Source: a virus
DNA length: 64,000 nucleotides
Virus record (IMG/VR): IMGVR_UViG_3300034068_001120
Location: 1 to 64,000 of that record
Reading direction: 5' to 3' (one strand)
Positions 32,117 through 41,666 of the stretch are shown in pieces; the first letter of the stretch is position 1; every line of letters begins with the position of its first letter. The notes under the pieces were generated by a model, which was not told the DNA's origin, did no database searches, and saw only the letters and a program-made list of their open reading frames with translations. The translations under genes and the position numbers were made by a program.

Positions 32117-33552
32117 TAGAATCCCTTTTCTACGGCTTCTCTAGTAAGGAGACCGATTTCGCTGAATTGAATTGTTAAGTTGACTCCTATAGGAGCATTA
32201 TCTCTAAATGTAGAGAATAGAGATTGTGGTGTATAGTTTACTTGAATATTTGTTGCAACACATCTGGCTATCTTTGGAATATATTCATTTTCAAGAAATC
32301 CTTTGGAGTTTGGGTTAGTTGATAAGAACCTAATCTCGAATTCAGCAGGAACTCTTAACATTATCTCTACATTAGATTGACCATCCCCGAACGCTTGATC
32401 TTGAATTGCGGGATGTGCATGATATCTAAAGGTTTCTATTATATCTTGAATCATACGAGTTTCAATTTCTGATCTTGCATATAATTCCCAGGCAAAAGAA
32501 AATGTTCGAAATTCTTTTTGCTTAAACATTTTTTCTAGTCTGGGATTTATTACTGTTCCTAATAATAATTGTCTTTCTGCTCCAATTCCTACTTTATCTG
32601 TTGCCCAGCCAAGTGCCGCTCCTGCAACCTGCATGGTAGCATCCACCACACCACGACCACCACCAGAAACTGCTTCTATAGTACCATTAACCGCCTTAAA
32701 ACTAGCATCATTATATGAAAAAATATCTTCATTATTAATACTTGTGCACATAGGAAGGTAAATGGATGTCATTTGATCATATTGTGCAACACTGACTTGA
32801 GTCAAAGCAACATCTGCCGCTATAGTATTAGCAACACCAAATGGAATTGGTGCTGCTGCTACTACTGCTGCTCCGACTGCCGATTGCACATCACTAGAAG
32901 TCAACTTTTGTGCTCTTTCGTTTTGGCTTAAATTTTGTCCGCTAGCAGCCGTGGCAATTCTATTAGATAAAGAATCTACAACGGTTTGTGATGATGTTAT
33001 TTTGCTTTGTAAGTTTTGTGCTTCTTCGGTATCAACAATAGCAGACGAAGTCGTGAATTTTCTTGATAAATTTTCTCCAGGTAGTTCAAACTCACTCATA
33101 AGATTTCCATAATTTACTACAGAAGCAGATTGAGTGGCTAACCCAATGGCTCGATTAGCGGTCTGTAAATCGGATTGCAGTTGAATTTTATTCTTTTCTT
33201 CCTGTTCGAGTTGCTTTATTAGCATATCATTTTGCCATCTCCAAAATATTTTAAATTGGACGGCATGAGGCACTTGATTCATTCCTATTTCAGTTGGAAA
33301 TTTCAATACCGATGGCTTTGCTCTGGTTCCTTTTGTACTATATTCCGTGGATTCTAATAATTTAGAAATCTCGCTTTCATCCTGAACTGGAGCATTATCC
33401 GATGAGGTTGTTCTGGTAGTTGCAGTATATAAATCGGATTTACTGGAAAATGCGGGAGTTTTCAGTAATGCAGTAAGATCTTCCTGCATCTGTTCTTTTT
33501 TTGCCGCAGCATCGAATACTTCTTGTGGTGTTGGTGTTCCTGGAGGTAGCAT
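32116..33552 (-). CDS. gp48: Baseplate tail-tube cap
   Basis: IYLPM, INPRLEKMF..EFRTFSFAW, IIETFRYHAHP, CVATNIQVNYTP, LTIQFSE. Confidence 0.85.
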   Translation of the reverse strand: MLPPGTPTPQEVFDAAAKKEQMQEDLTALLKTPAFSSKSDLYTATTRTTSSDNAPVQDESEISKLLESTEYSTKGTRAKPSVLKFPTEIGMNQVPHAVQFKIFWRWQNDMLIKQLEQEEKNKIQLQSDLQTANRAIGLATQSASVVNYGNLMSEFELPGENLSRKFTTSSAIVDTEEAQNLQSKITSSQTVVDSLSNRIATAASGQNLSQNERAQKLTSSDVQSAVGAAVVAAAPIPFGVANTIAADVALTQVSVAQYDQMTSIYLPMCTSINNEDIFSYNDASFKAVNGTIEAVSGGGRGVVDATMQVAGAALGWATDKVGIGAERQLLLGTVINPRLEKMFKQKEFRTFSFAWELYARSEIETRMIQDIIETFRYHAHPAIQDQAFGDGQSNVEIMLRVPAEFEIRFLSTNPNSKGFLENEYIPKIARCVATNIQVNYTPQSLFSTFRDNAPIGVNLTIQFSEIGLLTREAVEKGF

Positions 33553-33586
33553 GTACGCCTTTATATTATTTCGTTACAGAACCGAA

Positions 33587-33603
33587 CTACATATATATTT
33601 ATA
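33587..33603. promoter_or_regulatory. Face-to-face late promoters at the divergence point
   Basis: CTACATA (+, 33587-33593) and TATAAATA (-, 33596-33603). Confidence 0.6.
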
Positions 33604-34040
33604 TGGCATACCGAGGATTCTTCAAACCACAAAATCCAACCAAATACATAGGAAATCCTATTAAGATTATGTATAGAAGTTTGTGGGAAAGAAAATTCAT
33701 GAAATTTTGCGATTCGGCAAAAAATGTTCTTCGCTGGGGATCAGAAGAGGTAGTCGTTCCCTATTTTAATCCACTAGATCAAAAAGCCCACAGATATTTT
33801 GTAGACTTTATAGTGGAAATGCAAACCAAAGAAGGCATAAAAACTCTACTAATAGAGATAAAACCAAAAAAACAATGCAAAGAGCCAATCAAGAAAAAAC
33901 GCATAACAAAGAGTTATATTTCAGAAATCAAGGCTTGGGTTACGAATAGTGCCAAATGGGCTGCGGCAACCGAAGAATCTAAAAAAAGGGGATGGGAGTT
34001 CAAAATCTTGACCGAAGATGACCTATTCAGAAAATCATGA
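33603..34040 (+). CDS. gp4: Head completion nuclease
   Basis: MAYRGFFKPQNPTKYIG, YRSLWERKFMKFCD, HRYFVDF, LIEIKP, FKILTE; start moved to 33603. Confidence 0.95.
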   Translation: MAYRGFFKPQNPTKYIGNPIKIMYRSLWERKFMKFCDSAKNVLRWGSEEVVVPYFNPLDQKAHRYFVDFIVEMQTKEGIKTLLIEIKPKKQCKEPIKKKRITKSYISEIKAWVTNSAKWAAATEESKKRGWEFKILTEDDLFRKS

Positions 34041-34645
34041 AAGAGAATCTATCAGATAAAAAGAATGAACTAATTGATCTGGTGGAAGATACTATTACTG
34101 GATTAGGTGGAACTGATGCATCCTATTCTGAATTGCTTCACTTTTTAGTTAAAATGCATGCTTTGTCTAGACCAAAGAGATTGATGATTGGTCAGCTTTT
34201 ATTTTTTAAATACTTACCAACCAACGAGCGATTCATAAAAGCCAAAAAGCATTACGACATATATCCACTCATATTGATTACCGAGGTTCATCGGGGAGGA
34301 TTTGAAGGAATCAATCTGCATTACATAGACTCAAAAATAAGAACTACTCTATTTAATAATATAATGGAGAATCTGGTTGTGATTAGAGGCGGCGAGACTA
34401 GAACAAACAGAATCAAAATAAACTATCACCTGTTGTCTAGGTTTTCCATGTTTCGTTATTTTAGACCCTGCTATCGACAATACAAGTGGCAGGGATTACG
34501 AAAGCCACCTATAGCCATACCATTTCAATTATGGCAAACAGTTGAAGAATTAGATCTTGGATTATTTCGTCATGCAAACAAATCAAAGATATATCTTGAA
34601 TCATGGAAAACAATTAGAAGATCCTTAGTAGGAAAGAGGAAATAA
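34037..34645 (+). CDS. gp2: DNA end protector protein
   Basis: IGQLLFFKY, YDIYPL, FEGINLHY, PCYRQY; follows gp4. Confidence 0.8.
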   Translation: MKENLSDKKNELIDLVEDTITGLGGTDASYSELLHFLVKMHALSRPKRLMIGQLLFFKYLPTNERFIKAKKHYDIYPLILITEVHRGGFEGINLHYIDSKIRTTLFNNIMENLVVIRGGETRTNRIKINYHLLSRFSMFRYFRPCYRQYKWQGLRKPPIAIPFQLWQTVEELDLGLFRHANKSKIYLESWKTIRRSLVGKRK

Positions 34646-35329
34646 ATGGCAGAATTTGATATTCCACCGTCGAACATAGATTTAATGCAGGACACCATTC
34701 TTAGAGGTGGTATAGCGTTTCCAAATAGATACTCCGTTAGTGTAGTGCTACCTCCAGCATTAACAAATCCAAATAATACAGAACAAAAACAATTAAATAT
34801 TCGTTGTGAAAATGCAGCCATTGTTGGTCGTGCTTTTTCAACGTTACAATATCGATTTTATGGTCCTGCTCGAAATATACCATATGAATCAATATATTCT
34901 GGAGAAATACAAATATCATTTTTGCTATCTGGTTATTTACAGGAACGAGAGTATTTTGAAACATGGATGAATAAAATGTGCAACAAGGATGATTATAAAT
35001 TTAGATATTATGATGAATATGTTGGTAGTATGGTTGTAACAGTAATAGGAAGAGACGAAGTACCAACTTATTCTATTCTATTAGAAGAAGTCTGTCCCAA
35101 ATTGATTGGAGAAATTTCTCTGGGTTATGATAAAAATGATGAAGCCATGAGACAAGATATAACACTCTCATATCGAAAATATTCAATTAATAAAATTGAT
35201 CTACCAACACCACCACCATACATTCCACCAATTCAAAAACCTGCACAACCACCACAACCCACAGAAGTGTTTGAGCCAATTCCTGATGATTTTCAAATAG
35301 GTCAAGGCAGCAGAAGTATCATTGGTTGA
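34646..35329 (+). CDS. gp54: Baseplate tail-tube initiator (tube-protein paralogue)
   Basis: GGIAFPNRY, YGPARNIPY, YFETWM, YYDEYVG; synteny with gp2 and gp26. Confidence 0.72.
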   Translation: MAEFDIPPSNIDLMQDTILRGGIAFPNRYSVSVVLPPALTNPNNTEQKQLNIRCENAAIVGRAFSTLQYRFYGPARNIPYESIYSGEIQISFLLSGYLQEREYFETWMNKMCNKDDYKFRYYDEYVGSMVVTVIGRDEVPTYSILLEEVCPKLIGEISLGYDKNDEAMRQDITLSYRKYSINKIDLPTPPPYIPPIQKPAQPPQPTEVFEPIPDDFQIGQGSRSIIG

Positions 35330-35335
35330 TTGGTG

Positions 35336-35343
35336 TATAAATA
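35336..35343 (+). promoter_or_regulatory. T4-type late promoter
   Basis: TATAAATA upstream of gp26. Confidence 0.75.
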
Positions 35344-35382
35344 TAGAGTACATCTATTATAGTATTTTTTGAAAGGAATACA

Positions 35383-36093
35383 ATGAGTAAATTGAATTTA
35401 ATATCTGCGTCTCTACCCACTTATACAATGACTCTTCCCATATCAGGAAAGATCATCAAGTATCGTCCATTTGTTGTTCGAGAGGAAAAGGTATTGCTTA
35501 TTGCATTACAATCCAAAGATCAAAAACAAATTACGGATTCTATTAGAAATGTAGTTGTTGCTTGTACTGACTCGGTATTGGATACCAAGAATATTAGTAT
35601 AGCAGAATCCGAATATGCTTTTTTACAAATACGAGCAAAATCCATTGGCGAAGAAGTTAAGCCTCAAGTAAAATGTTCTAGTTGTGGAAATCCCACAACA
35701 ATAAAAATTCGACTTGATCAGATTCAAATGAAGAAATCAGATAAAGAAATGATTGATCCAACCATAGTCATGTCAGATGATTTGAGTATTGTTATGCGAT
35801 ATCCATCTATCCATGATGCAGAGGCTAATGCAGGAGAAGTAGAAACCACCTTTAAACTAGCCGAACAATGTATAGAATCTATTATCCTGAAAGATGAGAT
35901 ATTTCCAAAAAAGGATATTAGTCCTAAAGAATTAACTCAATTCATTGATAATTTATTACCCGATCAATTTTCAAAAATTTTAGTTTTTCTGAAGAGCACA
36001 CCTGAATTGCAATACAATTTTGATTATAAATGCCCAACTTGTGGAGAAAGGGTTGCGGTGGAACTGAAAACAATCTCAGATTTTTTTCAATAG
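35383..36093 (+). CDS. gp26: Baseplate hub assembly chaperone
   Basis: LPISGKIIKYRPFVVREEKVLL, EYAFLQIRAKSIGE, two CxxC pairs, ends SDFFQ. Confidence 0.9.
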   Translation: MSKLNLISASLPTYTMTLPISGKIIKYRPFVVREEKVLLIALQSKDQKQITDSIRNVVVACTDSVLDTKNISIAESEYAFLQIRAKSIGEEVKPQVKCSSCGNPTTIKIRLDQIQMKKSDKEMIDPTIVMSDDLSIVMRYPSIHDAEANAGEVETTFKLAEQCIESIILKDEIFPKKDISPKELTQFIDNLLPDQFSKILVFLKSTPELQYNFDYKCPTCGERVAVELKTISDFFQ

Positions 36094-36275
36094 CACTCTG
36101 CCATAACGACTTGGCAGCGTATTTTAAACTAACATTCAATCTTGTACAACATCAGGGTCATTCTCTGGAAGATATAGAGAATCTAATACCATGGGAAAAA
36201 GAAGTATATATAAATTTATTAATTAATCACATCAAAGAAGAAAAAGAGAAAATCAAAAACAGAACTCCCCAATAA
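36081..36275 (+). CDS. gp51: Baseplate hub assembly catalyst; probably reached by a -1 frameshift from gp26
   Basis: YFKLTFNLVQHQGHSLEDIENLIPWEKEVYINLL is the gp51 signature; the only in-frame ATG (36030) is inside gp26 and has no SD. Confidence 0.8.
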   Translation, partial: FFSIALCHNDLAAYFKLTFNLVQHQGHSLEDIENLIPWEKEVYINLLINHIKEEKEKIKNRTPQ

Positions 36276-38488
36276 TGGCAAAAAAACCTTTAATCTCAGA
36301 AATAGAAAAACTACAGTCCAAATATAACGTTGCTGCAAGTCTTTCGTCTACGATATCTGATCAGATTATTCAGGCAGAAGGTTTAATTGGAACTTTAGAG
36401 ACAGCATATTATGATGCATCTGATTTTAAAACAAAAGCAATAGAAGCCCAGAAAAAACTAAAAGCAGATGTAGCAGCAAAAAAATCAACACCTGCCAAGA
36501 ATATTCCAAAGAATATGGCAAAGTGGAAGAAACTATTGCAGTCCGCAGAGACAGATGTAATAAACGCAGAAGTAAGAAAAGCAACAGCAAAAAGAGATTT
36601 GACTGCTACTAAAAAGAAAGTAGACGTTCTAAACAGACAAAAACAAACAAATGACACAAAGATAATTTCCATTGAATCAAATATAAAAAACGCCATTAAG
36701 ATTCAAACCGAGGCATTGACTGCAGAAAAAATAAAAATAGCATCAGAATCAAAAATAGGCACAGACTACAACATGCGAGTTTCTAAGTTATTTAATACTA
36801 TAGAACGATCAACATCAATTCCTAATAAAGAATTACAATCTCATGTGTTAGGAACTTCTAGTGGAGAAAGATCTGGTTCATCGCAATCTGGTGTAAGAGC
36901 AAAGAAAAACGAATTCATCGCCAAAAATCCTGATCTATTTGACAAATCTAAAATAGAAGGAAGAACAGCAAACGAATTATTAAATGAAGCAGTTTCTCTT
37001 TCTGAATTATCTTTGACGGCAAGCCAAAAAGATGCTAACAGCATATTGGGTAGGTTATTATATTTAGAAAAAACAGCAAAGGCCACAAAGGATGATGAGG
37101 TTGCTAAATTAATTTTGAGTATTATTGGTCCAGTGAAAACTGCCATGGCGAAAAAAGCAACGTTCAGTAGTTTTACAGAAAAACGAATCGGTGATTATGT
37201 ATCGTCTATACCAGAAATGCTTATACGAAAACTTCCAGGCATTGGTGGTGTGCTTGGCGATTACATGAAACAACAAAAAGATAGACGAGATGCAGAATTA
37301 GACGAAGAAAAATTAATGGCAAGAAGAATTTCCGAAGGAAAATCCAGAGGACGTTATTCAGATGATGCATCAAGCCCAAAATCTAAAAAGGCTGTTTCAG
37401 ATTATTCAAACGACACCTCAAGTACAACACCCATAAAGCCCGTTTCAGATGACACATCAAGTCCGATGGCTGATATTGGTGGATCAAGAGCATCCGAATT
37501 GGGTGCATCAACTATAAGTTCGGCTATGTGTCTGGATGAAATATTAAAAGAAGTAATAGACATCAGAAAACTATTACACGAAAGTTTGGATCCAGAAGAA
37601 TCAACACTCACTGGAAGAGAAAAACAGTTTGAAACTCCCGATATGAAAAAAGCCAAAGCACTAAAACCAAATGCGATGAAAGAAGGTGGGATGGGATCTG
37701 CCATAACATCTGGAATGAGTTGGCTGGATTCTCTTATTACTGGAGGAATATCTGGTTTAGTGGCATCTATCTTACCCGCCATCGTTCCCATGATTATGAG
37801 TGCAATGGGAACACTTTTGGCTACTGCAGGAGCGGTTGCTTCATTTATAGGACCAATTGTACTTGCAGCAGGTATAGCCTACGGAGGATACAAATTGGGT
37901 GAATACTTATCAGAAGAATATCTAATACCATTTCTAGAAAAGGTAGGTTTGATAGTAACTCCTGGTAATACTCCAGGAATAGTTCCAGGTGGTGCAGAAG
38001 ACACTTATATTAAGAATGACGAGATAGCAATGAAAGATAAATTGGCTGCTAATAATGCAGAGGGAGAACTTGCGCGTGATGTTGGTTTCTTTAAATTTTA
38101 TCCAGACAAAGATCAAAGAGCCGAACTATTTGCAAAAGATCCTAACGAATTAAAAACATCTCTTTTACTTGGTTCTGGATTGGCAAAGTTATTAGGTAAT
38201 AATGGACTATCAGAAGAAGAAGTAGATGCGCTTATAGCAAAACAACAATTTATGGGAGAGCTCACCAAGCCAAAAGAAGGCACACAACAAAATAAAGCCA
38301 TGGAATTTGAGGATTCCATAGATCAACTTGATTCGACTTCACAAAAACCATATTCTACTTCAGAGTCACCTAGAAATAACATAAATTCAGTACAGACCAA
38401 CAATTATGTTACAAATATAAATTCAAAGTCGGGTACACGAAATACCGAATCGACTCTTGAAAAGATGAATAGATCCTCATTTGCATAA
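36275..38488 (+). CDS. Probable tape measure protein (gp29 position)
   Basis: Long helical coiled coil with an Ala/Gly hydrophobic segment, directly after gp26/gp51. Confidence 0.65.
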   Translation: MAKKPLISEIEKLQSKYNVAASLSSTISDQIIQAEGLIGTLETAYYDASDFKTKAIEAQKKLKADVAAKKSTPAKNIPKNMAKWKKLLQSAETDVINAEVRKATAKRDLTATKKKVDVLNRQKQTNDTKIISIESNIKNAIKIQTEALTAEKIKIASESKIGTDYNMRVSKLFNTIERSTSIPNKELQSHVLGTSSGERSGSSQSGVRAKKNEFIAKNPDLFDKSKIEGRTANELLNEAVSLSELSLTASQKDANSILGRLLYLEKTAKATKDDEVAKLILSIIGPVKTAMAKKATFSSFTEKRIGDYVSSIPEMLIRKLPGIGGVLGDYMKQQKDRRDAELDEEKLMARRISEGKSRGRYSDDASSPKSKKAVSDYSNDTSSTTPIKPVSDDTSSPMADIGGSRASELGASTISSAMCLDEILKEVIDIRKLLHESLDPEESTLTGREKQFETPDMKKAKALKPNAMKEGGMGSAITSGMSWLDSLITGGISGLVASILPAIVPMIMSAMGTLLATAGAVASFIGPIVLAAGIAYGGYKLGEYLSEEYLIPFLEKVGLIVTPGNTPGIVPGGAEDTYIKNDEIAMKDKLAANNAEGELARDVGFFKFYPDKDQRAELFAKDPNELKTSLLLGSGLAKLLGNNGLSEEEVDALIAKQQFMGELTKPKEGTQQNKAMEFEDSIDQLDSTSQKPYSTSESPRNNINSVQTNNYVTNINSKSGTRNTESTLEKMNRSSFA

Positions 38489-38519
38489 AAAACAGGCGCA
38501 CCGAAATGCGCCTGTTTTT
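38487..38519. terminator. Bidirectional intrinsic terminator
   Basis: AAAAACAGGCGCA-CCGAAA-TGCGCCTGTTTTT between the convergent tape measure and gp32 genes. Confidence 0.92.
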
Positions 38520-38543
38520 CTAACATGATATAATCAGTTGGCT

Positions 38544-39455
38544 TCAATCATCATTCGCCAACTTCTCAAAATACGAGAGAGCATCCTCAGTCTCATTCTC
38601 TGAAGACTTCGGAGCCTTCTTTGCAGGAACTCGAGAAGCAGATTCTGTAGGAGCAGATTCAAACGAAGCCTTTTCCGCTCCTCCTGTTACGTTTGCACTT
38701 TCTGCTACTGATCGAATATCATCTCCAAGCACTTGCTGCAATCGAGTCTTCAATTCATCATAAGACTTGAAATTCTTTGGATCAGTAAATTCCTTGAGAG
38801 AATGTTGCTTCTTCCACAGAAGTTCCAATGCCTTATCATCTCCACCAAGAAGCGGTGTAGGTGCTGCAAACTCTGAACGATCATAATTAACATATCCATC
38901 AACCTGACGAATCTTTAACTTGAAATCAGCACCAGCCCAAAAATCAAATGGATTGAGTGGCTTCTCATCTTGATATTGCGGATTCATTGCTTCCTGAATC
39001 TTTTCAAAAATCTTCTTGCCATACTTAAACAGGAAAACCTTTCCTTCGTTTTCTGGATTCTTTGGATCTGATACAATATAGATGTTTGAAATGTAAGACA
39101 ATCGACGCTTTCGATCTCGCGCAATATTCTTATCTGCATCACTACCACTTTGCCAAAGTTGTGAATTCATTTCAGAAACTGGATCTTTCAATCCAATACT
39201 TGTAAGAGAATTTTCAATATACCAACCACCTGTACCACGGAATCCGTGATTGTAAAGACGAGCCCAAGGCAAATCTTCGCCATCTGGTGCAGGCAACAAT
39301 CTGATAATAGCATAACCATTATTCGTCTTGTCCAATGCAGGTTTCCAAAAACGATCATCTTTATATGAATCGCTTTTCTTCACCATCTTTTCCATTTCAT
39401 TTGCCAATGTTTGATACGCATTCTTTGAAGTATTCTTCAAATCTTTAAATCCCAT
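38544..39455 (-). CDS. gp32: Single-stranded DNA-binding protein
   Basis: DDRFWKP, NGYAIIRLLP, WYIENSLT, GKVFLFKYGKKIF, NPFDFW.GADFKLK, acidic tail; start at MGFKDL. Confidence 0.97.
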   Translation of the reverse strand: MGFKDLKNTSKNAYQTLANEMEKMVKKSDSYKDDRFWKPALDKTNNGYAIIRLLPAPDGEDLPWARLYNHGFRGTGGWYIENSLTSIGLKDPVSEMNSQLWQSGSDADKNIARDRKRRLSYISNIYIVSDPKNPENEGKVFLFKYGKKIFEKIQEAMNPQYQDEKPLNPFDFWAGADFKLKIRQVDGYVNYDRSEFAAPTPLLGGDDKALELLWKKQHSLKEFTDPKNFKSYDELKTRLQQVLGDDIRSVAESANVTGGAEKASFESAPTESASRVPAKKAPKSSENETEDALSYFEKLANDD

Positions 39456-39489
39456 AATAATCTCCTTGTTAATGTTACCGATCACTTAT

Positions 39490-39517
39490 ATTATATCACG
39501 AAAATCCAACAAGTCAA
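39490..39517 (-). promoter_or_regulatory. Sigma70-type promoter for gp32
   Basis: TTGACT-16 nt-TATAAT with TGn extended -10. Confidence 0.7.
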
Positions 39518-39518
39518 A

Positions 39519-39734
39519 TCAAAGCGGCAATTTTGATGTTTTCGGTAGCAAATTTAATTCTTGCCCCTCAATTTTAATTTTTTGAATTATTGGTTTGCTC
39601 AAAAACTTTGCCGCAACTTGCGGTTCAATACCAAATTGTTCACAAATTGCAATTACCGAATCAATGTACGATGCATTATGCATTTTTGCATATTTTTCTA
39701 CTTCTTTAGGAAACCTAATATTATTAACTTCCAA
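39519..39734 (-). CDS. gp33: Late transcription coactivator
   Basis: SYIDSVIAICEQFGIEP..AKFLSKPIIQKIKIEG..LNLLPK; adjacent to gp32. Confidence 0.85.
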   Translation of the reverse strand: MEVNNIRFPKEVEKYAKMHNASYIDSVIAICEQFGIEPQVAAKFLSKPIIQKIKIEGQELNLLPKTSKLPL

Positions 39735-39758
39735 CTGGTGATGCTTTCTTGTTTGTAT

Positions 39759-39953
39759 CTAGACAAGATGCCTGTTGTGTCCTATTCTAGAGTTATTCTT
39801 TTTTTCGTACCCGTGAAACATTCCTTGCGTAAATCCTGTATGTTTTCCACTTTGATATCCTCGATCATATGCAAATGCATACAGTTTGAGTGCTCCTGCA
39901 ACGAACAAACAGATTGACGACATAATAATTGAGATGAGTGATAGTGTTTCCAT
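39759..39953 (-). CDS. Small membrane-anchored hypothetical protein
   Basis: N-terminal hydrophobic helix followed by AYDRGY..G...G..G repeats. Confidence 0.5.
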   Translation of the reverse strand: METLSLISIIMSSICLFVAGALKLYAFAYDRGYQSGKHTGFTQGMFHGYEKKNNSRIGHNRHLV

Positions 39954-39997
39954 ACCCGTATGTACTTTATCTCATATTCTGAACCATACCTTAACAA

Positions 39998-40072
39998 TGA
40001 CTCTGTTGGGATTCGAACCCAAGTGTCCTCCTTGAAAGGGAGGTGTCCTAGACCAGACTAGACGACAGAGCC
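39998..40072 (-). tRNA. tRNA-Glu(UUC)
   Basis: GGCTCTG/CAGAGTC acceptor, CCTCC-CTTTCAA-GGAGG anticodon arm, GGTTCGAATCC T arm; no encoded CCA. Confidence 0.95.
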
Positions 40073-40078
40073 GATCCT

Positions 40079-40540
40079 TTAGCGAACTCGGGCTTGACCA
40101 TATCCATAGACTGGTTGTGGTGCGTAACAAGCAGATCCGAATCCACTATATCCTCCTCCACAATCACCCTGATAGCCTGCATAACCACCCTGATAACCAT
40201 TTCCGTTATAGTATCCTACACCATATCCGACTCCGTATCCTGCTCCATATCCATATCCAACCCCACCCCCATTAGGATACGAATTGTAGCCGTTCATGGA
40301 ACCAAATCCCCATGATCCTCCGCCACCTTGTGTACCAATCATAACAGCAGGATTGGTGGCACTTACGACTTGTTCGCTTGTGTAATTTGGATTGTATCCG
40401 TAACCACTGCTTCGATTGGTATAGGTTGTCGTCGAACCATCTGCATTTTTTACTTCTTTGACAATATCAGTTTTTTGAATTTGACATCCAACACCAATAC
40501 TAATTACTGTTGCAAATGAGATAATATTTTGAAGTTTCAT
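40079..40540 (-). CDS. Gly/Tyr-rich putative lipoprotein
   Basis: Signal peptide ending IGVG-C; GYG low-complexity C-terminal half. Confidence 0.6.
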   Translation of the reverse strand: MKLQNIISFATVISIGVGCQIQKTDIVKEVKNADGSTTTYTNRSSGYGYNPNYTSEQVVSATNPAVMIGTQGGGGSWGFGSMNGYNSYPNGGGVGYGYGAGYGVGYGVGYYNGNGYQGGYAGYQGDCGGGYSGFGSACYAPQPVYGYGQARVR

Positions 40541-40582
40541 ATAGTCCTTTTGTTGTTTTACTGTTCAATCCTACACCCTAAT

Positions 40583-40610
40583 AGTATATACCAAATTACT
40601 GCGTTGTCAA
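40583..40610 (-). promoter_or_regulatory. Sigma70-type promoter
   Basis: TTGACA-16 nt-TATACT upstream of the lipoprotein and tRNA-Glu. Confidence 0.65.
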
Positions 40611-40747
40611 GTTTTTTTGGATGGTTTCTTTATTTGATTTGAATCTATGGCAGAATTACTCTTTGCCATGGTTTTCTGGGTTATTTTTGTGATAGCGGCC
40701 CGTAGAAGCATATTTTTAAATACGTCTAGTCCTTTGGGTTTTCCCAC
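40607..40747 (-). CDS. Possible 46-aa basic peptide
   Basis: GTG start just after CATAAATA; MGKPKGLDVFKNMLLRAAITK...KKPSKKT. Confidence 0.35.
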   Translation of the reverse strand: MGKPKGLDVFKNMLLRAAITKITQKTMAKSNSAIDSNQIKKPSKKT

Positions 40748-40783
40748 ATAACTATTTATGATTTTGCATATTTACAAAATGCC

Positions 40784-41620
40784 TTATTCTACCGGCGTAT
40801 TTGGCTCTTTTACCGATGTTCTCTTGGCAAATTTGTTTGCAGAATCAATATTATCAAAATATTCAAACTTGCCATTTCTGTCTTTGGCACCCCAAATACC
40901 ACTACTAGTTTTCCAAACAGACTGCAAGGCATGGTATTTTGGATCATGATACTCTCCAGCCTGTTTGCCAATTTTTGGTTTTTTGTTTTCTGTACCCTTG
41001 GTTGGAGCATATAGTTTAGCATTGCCAGAGTTGGCTGGTAGATAGTCTGTTGGCGATGCCTTTGTCTGGGTCTTGGATCGATCTGGAGGCGTTTCTTCTC
41101 CTGTTTTGGCTCCAGACCCTCCAGACTCTAAAGCAGAAAAGAAATCAGTTACTTTATGCTTTGCCAATTCTAAGTTATCTTGTCCTTCACCCTTCTCAAA
41201 CTTCATTAATACTTTACCTATTCCCTTGGTTTCGTTGGTGGAAATATAATAAAAATTTATTGAATTCTTAAACATAACCAAAGGTTGATCAAATTGACGA
41301 CCCAAAGTTATAATTTGTGTTTTTGTGATATTTGGCACCATTAAACTCTTTTCAGATACATCATTGCCTTCTTTTTTAGAAGAACTACACAATTCAATAT
41401 AACCGTATCCCATATCAATTACTTTTGATTTTAATTCATCATGAGTTTGTGCATTGATTTCTTCGGTTGCCTTGCTTTGAAAACTAGAAACTATACCAAA
41501 ATCTCTACTATCATCTGCCACTAAATCAAAAACAGCAGACAATCTCTTTTTGGTGGGATTACTGGTTTCCATCGCCTCAGATAGTGTGCACTTATTAAAA
41601 TATTGCGTGAATTTCTTCAT
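40784..41620 (-). CDS. Late hypothetical protein, possible internal head protein
   Basis: TATAAATA at 41631-41638; N-terminus MKKFTQYF...LSEA. Confidence 0.7.
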   Translation of the reverse strand: MKKFTQYFNKCTLSEAMETSNPTKKRLSAVFDLVADDSRDFGIVSSFQSKATEEINAQTHDELKSKVIDMGYGYIELCSSSKKEGNDVSEKSLMVPNITKTQIITLGRQFDQPLVMFKNSINFYYISTNETKGIGKVLMKFEKGEGQDNLELAKHKVTDFFSALESGGSGAKTGEETPPDRSKTQTKASPTDYLPANSGNAKLYAPTKGTENKKPKIGKQAGEYHDPKYHALQSVWKTSSGIWGAKDRNGKFEYFDNIDSANKFAKRTSVKEPNTPVE

Positions 41621-41666
41621 GGGATCCTCTTATTTATATAGAGGATATATTTTTCAACCATTACAA

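Noticed and set aside
36030-36080. ATG 36030 as the gp51 start
   Set aside because: No SD, lies in the gp26 CxxC coding region and adds a segment unlike gp51
1-39455. Stop-codon reassignment, introns or inteins in core genes
   Set aside because: Core genes are full-length and uninterrupted in the standard code; no suppressor tRNA
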